64,000 bases of DNA from contig CAZHMP010000002.1 of the NCBI GenBank assembly GCA_964533595.1, forward strand, positions 5,000 through 68,999, written 5' to 3'. This stretch comes from an uncultured Acidimicrobiales bacterium (lineage in GTDB: Bacteria > Actinomycetota > Acidimicrobiia > Acidimicrobiales > Aldehydirespiratoraceae). Below, in pieces: positions 61,147-64,000 of the stretch. The stretch's first letter is position 1. Each line of letters begins with the position of its first letter. A program made the position numbers and the translations under genes. The notes beneath the pieces are model-generated. The model did no database searches. It saw only the letters and a list, made by a program, of their open reading frames with translations, and was not told where the DNA came from.

Positions 61147-63465
61147 TCATGGGATCGGGGGCGGGGGCGGGGTTGGCGGTGGTGGTCCGGCCGGGGCGGT
61201 TGTCGTTGTGGGCGTGCCTTCAGGGACCGTAGTCGTAGTGGTGGTTGTGGTCGTAGTGGTGGGAGGAATACATCCATCCACCTTCCCATCCTCGTCGACA
61301 TCCACCGGCTCGAGCAGAGTTGGGCATATGCCGATATTCGGGTCGTACTCGAAAACTGGATCTTCACACGCGTCGGGTAGACCATCCTCATCCGTGTCGA
61401 TTTCAGCTTCTGGATCACCGCAAAGGCTCTTGGCAGTCTCCTTGTACTTGACCGTGTCCGAGTCTGTACGAAGTATCACGCCGGCCCTGGTGGGCTCGGG
61501 CTTGTTGAACTCGATCACGGGCAAGTCGGCATGATAGGCGTTGTTGAATGCCCCCCATATTCGGGCCGGGATCGAACCGCCGGTGACGCTCCCGACACCG
61601 GCCACGCGCCGCATCGGAACGCGGGCATCCGGATTTCCCATCCAAATCGCTGTGGACAAATACGGGGTGAACCCGACGAACCAGGCATCACCGAAGTCCT
61701 GTGCCGTGCCGGTCTTACCGGCTGCCGGCTGGGCTTCGAGACGAGCACGAGTGCCCGTGCCCCCGCGAACATTGGCAGCAAGAACGTTGGCCACCAGACG
61801 GGCGGACTGCACCGATATCGCTCTGGTCTGATCGGGCACATTTTCGAAAAGAACCGTCCCGGCACGATCCTCCACACGGGTGATGAAGATCGGATCGACA
61901 CGAATGCCATCGTTGGCGAATGCCGCATATGCCGTGGCCATGTCGAGCGGTGTGATGTCGAGGGGCCCCAGCGGCATCGACAACGGAAGCTCTGACATAT
62001 CGGCGTGTATTCCCAACGCGCCGGCCGTGTCGGCGACATTGGACAATCCGACGATCTGGCCGAGTCGCAAGAACGCGCAGTTGGACGATGCCAACGTCTG
62101 GGAGTAGATCGCTTGGAAAGCACCAGAGCTACCTCCGAAGTTAGAGGCCTTGTACGGGTCGGGAATGCCTCCGGGATTCTCGAATTCGCAAGGACTCAAC
62201 CCGCTGACCTCATCGGCTGGAACGAACCCCTTCTCCATGGCAGCTGCCAGAACGAAAGGTTTGAACGACGAACCGGTGGGGCGGCCCTTTTGGGTGGCGA
62301 TGTCATACTTGAACAAATCGAATCCCGGCCCTCCCACCAACGCCCGCACCGCACCGGTACCAGGTTCGATGCTGGCGCTGGCCGCGGTGAAAAACCTCGG
62401 GTCGTCAGGCAGGTTGTCGGACATGGCTGTCTCGATCTGAGCCTGGGCAACGGGGTCGTAGGTGGTGAAAACGCGCAAACCGCCGCCGAAGACCGCCTCC
62501 TCTCGTTCGGCTCGCGTTTCCCCGAGACGTTCATCTGCGAGAAGTTCTGATCTCACTTCCTCGATGAAATAGTTCGACGGCTGCCACTCGACTGCGACTC
62601 GCCGAGTACTGGGAACGCTCAAATCGTTGTAGTAGTCGAACTGGGCCTGGGTGATATCGCCATCGGCCAGCAACCCTCTCAAAGCCAGCCGCCGCCGTTC
62701 GGTGGCTACACCGGGAAATCTGGTCGGGTCGTACTGAACCGGGTTGGAGATCAGGCTGGCCAACAGAGCCGACTGCCCCCAATCGAGCTGTGAGGGTTCC
62801 ACTCCGAAGTACACCTCAGCTGCCGCCCGCACGCCGTAGGTGCCACCACCGAAATACACGGTGTTGAGGTAGGCCTCGAGGATCTCTTCCTTGGTGAGTT
62901 GCCTTTCCAGCCGAATCGCCAGAGCGGCTTCCGGCACCTTGCGATCAATGTTGCGTGCGTTGCCCACCACACCGTTCTTTATCAACTGCTGGGTGATCGT
63001 CGAACCGCCCTGTTCGATGGCGCCGCTGGACACGTTGCGGACCAGAGCGCGGGCGATGGCTGCTGCGTCCACGCCGTTGTGTTGCCAGAATCCTGCGTCC
63101 TCAACGCTGATCACTGACGTGATGAGTTCGTCGCTGATGTCGTCGAGTTTGACGAGCGCCCGGTTCTCAACGTCGTACAACACGTCGAACTGATCCCCGT
63201 TCGAGTCGTAGACGATCGAACGCAGCGCCAATTGGTCCAAGTTGACTTCCGCGGCCGTGGATGCGTTGGCGGTGAATACATCGGCGAATCTGGGCAGCAA
63301 CGCGGCGACCGAAACGACCGTTGCCAGTGCCCCACCGGCGATGATCGCCGCGAGACGCAGAAGTCCGAATATCCCACGCACCGTGTTGAACGGTACTCCC
63401 CGCGGTAGTCCGTTTGCGGTCGGTGTCGACCGTTCCTGGGCGCAATTCGCTCCGGTGCGTGCCAC
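61147..63465 (-). CDS. ponA: Class A penicillin-binding protein (glycosyltransferase + transpeptidase)
   Basis: GT51 motifs EDAGFWQHNGVD and GGSTITQQL, and transpeptidase motifs SSFKPF, SSN and KTGT. The start is GTG 63465 or GTG 63381, since longer ORF extensions would collide with the divergent gene at 63475. Confidence 0.9.
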   Translation of the reverse strand: MARTGANCAQERSTPTANGLPRGVPFNTVRGIFGLLRLAAIIAGGALATVVSVAALLPRFADVFTANASTAAEVNLDQLALRSIVYDSNGDQFDVLYDVENRALVKLDDISDELITSVISVEDAGFWQHNGVDAAAIARALVRNVSSGAIEQGGSTITQQLIKNGVVGNARNIDRKVPEAALAIRLERQLTKEEILEAYLNTVYFGGGTYGVRAAAEVYFGVEPSQLDWGQSALLASLISNPVQYDPTRFPGVATERRRLALRGLLADGDITQAQFDYYNDLSVPSTRRVAVEWQPSNYFIEEVRSELLADERLGETRAEREEAVFGGGLRVFTTYDPVAQAQIETAMSDNLPDDPRFFTAASASIEPGTGAVRALVGGPGFDLFKYDIATQKGRPTGSSFKPFVLAAAMEKGFVPADEVSGLSPCEFENPGGIPDPYKASNFGGSSGAFQAIYSQTLASSNCAFLRLGQIVGLSNVADTAGALGIHADMSELPLSMPLGPLDITPLDMATAYAAFANDGIRVDPIFITRVEDRAGTVLFENVPDQTRAISVQSARLVANVLAANVRGGTGTRARLEAQPAAGKTGTAQDFGDAWFVGFTPYLSTAIWMGNPDARVPMRRVAGVGSVTGGSIPARIWGAFNNAYHADLPVIEFNKPEPTRAGVILRTDSDTVKYKETAKSLCGDPEAEIDTDEDGLPDACEDPVFEYDPNIGICPTLLEPVDVDEDGKVDGCIPPTTTTTTTTTTTVPEGTPTTTTAPAGPPPPTPPPPPIP
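61151..61172 (+). other. Canonical G-quadruplex-forming motif (G3-N3-G5-N1-G5-N1-G4)
   Basis: GGGATCGGGGGCGGGGGCGGGG lies on the plus strand, which is the template strand of the PBP gene. It is complementary to the Pro-rich tail codons and sits 15 nt from the start of the downstream gene. Confidence 0.6.
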
Positions 63466-63474
63466 GCTTGACCA

Positions 63475-64000
63475 ATGACATCGATATCGATCATTGGAGC
63501 GGGTGCTGCAGCAAGCATCCATGCATCTGCGGCAGAGTTCGCCACCGGGGTTGAGTTGGTGGGAGTTGTCGGTGGCCGCGGGAGTGCTGCGATTGGTTTC
63601 GCCGAGCAGTTCGGCATCGAATCGATCACCTTCACCGAGGCCATGTCCCGCTCCGATGCTCTGATTGTGGCGGTTCCACCAGCCGATATGCCTGCGGTTC
63701 TGGCCACCATTGACGGCCGTATCGCCGCGGTTCTGGCCGAGACTCCCCAAGCGTTGTCGACCCCAGAGCTCGTGTACCGCGCCGATCGCCCGCCGACCAT
63801 GCTGGGTTGCAACTTACTTCACGCGCCGGCCACCCGTCGTGCGTTGGCACTGGTCGCAGAGATGTCCACCCCCCACCGATTTGCTCTCCATCACCGCGGG
63901 GCAAGACCCGATTGGGGCTGTCACGGCACATCATCGTTCGGAGGTGGCGCCATCATCGATCCCGGGAGTCGTCTCCTTCCGGTCTTGCTGGCGGCCGTCG
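63475..64000 (+). CDS. Gfo/Idh/MocA-like NAD(P)-binding oxidoreductase, N-terminal fragment (continues past the window)
   Basis: This frame is not in the ORF track because it has no stop before the window edge. My own translation, MTSISIIGAGAAASIHA...VELVGVVGG...DALIVAVPP...AVLAETP, shows a Rossmann N-terminus. Confidence 0.55.
   Translation, partial: MTSISIIGAGAAASIHASAAEFATGVELVGVVGGRGSAAIGFAEQFGIESITFTEAMSRSDALIVAVPPADMPAVLATIDGRIAAVLAETPQALSTPELVYRADRPPTMLGCNLLHAPATRRALALVAEMSTPHRFALHHRGARPDWGCHGTSSFGGGAIIDPGSRLLPVLLAAV

Noticed and set aside
61208-61534. Plus-strand ORF encoding a poly-Val run (VVVVVVVVVVV)
   Set aside because: It is the antisense reading of the poly-Thr codons (ACC/ACT/ACG) in the PBP tail, so it is an artefact of the repeat.

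Overview
GC-rich, actinobacterial-type chromosome segment. Gene content and order suggest a deep-branching Actinobacteria lineage such as Acidimicrobiia, but that is inference only. The core (10.4-28.3 kb, minus strand) is a complete division/cell-wall cluster, mraZ-rsmH-ftsL-ftsI-murE-mraY-murD-ftsW-murG-murC-murB-ftsQ-ftsZ, followed by pgeF-yggS-sepF-yggT-divIVA. This cluster has no murF in its usual slot and shows almost continuous 4-nt stop/start overlaps. The left flank holds the hrpA 3' end, a nitroreductase, dnaE, proteasome activator bpa, an alkaline-phosphatase-family protein, an Rrf2 regulator, an rluD-like synthase and a DksA-like protein with a histone-like Lys/Ala tail. To the right of the dcw cluster lie a lipoate-ligase-like gene, a ROK kinase, a MoxR-DUF58-transglutaminase triad, DUF3040, a NUDIX-dinB pair, ppm1, an IMPase and mtrA-mtrB with a short lpqB-like lipoprotein. 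Further right are pfk, glpK, an aminotransferase, a module of unknown function (motif-degenerate SMC-like coiled-coil protein, acidic miniprotein, SRPBCC protein), a pimB-like GT4, queG, a DEDD/GIY-YIG nuclease and trpD. The window ends with a Fur-family regulator heading a rubrerythrin/Fe-S/DUF3501 operon behind a 31-bp perfect palindrome, RNase P RNA, arfB, a histidine phosphatase, a zinc-ribbon protein, a class A PBP and the start of an oxidoreductase. I saw no tRNA or rRNA genes, CRISPR arrays, IS elements or prophage signatures. Many long ORFs in the track are antisense shadows or 5' extensions typical of GC-rich DNA. I trimmed starts mainly where an internal start codon overlaps or directly abuts the upstream stop, or on RBS/N-terminal plausibility. 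All family calls rest on motifs read by eye, with no database searches. The candidates most worth follow-up are the pseudo-ATPase SMC-like module, the histone-tailed Cys-poor DksA-like protein, the 20-bp RNA helix in the mraZ-rsmH spacer and the phased repeat array over the dcw promoter.
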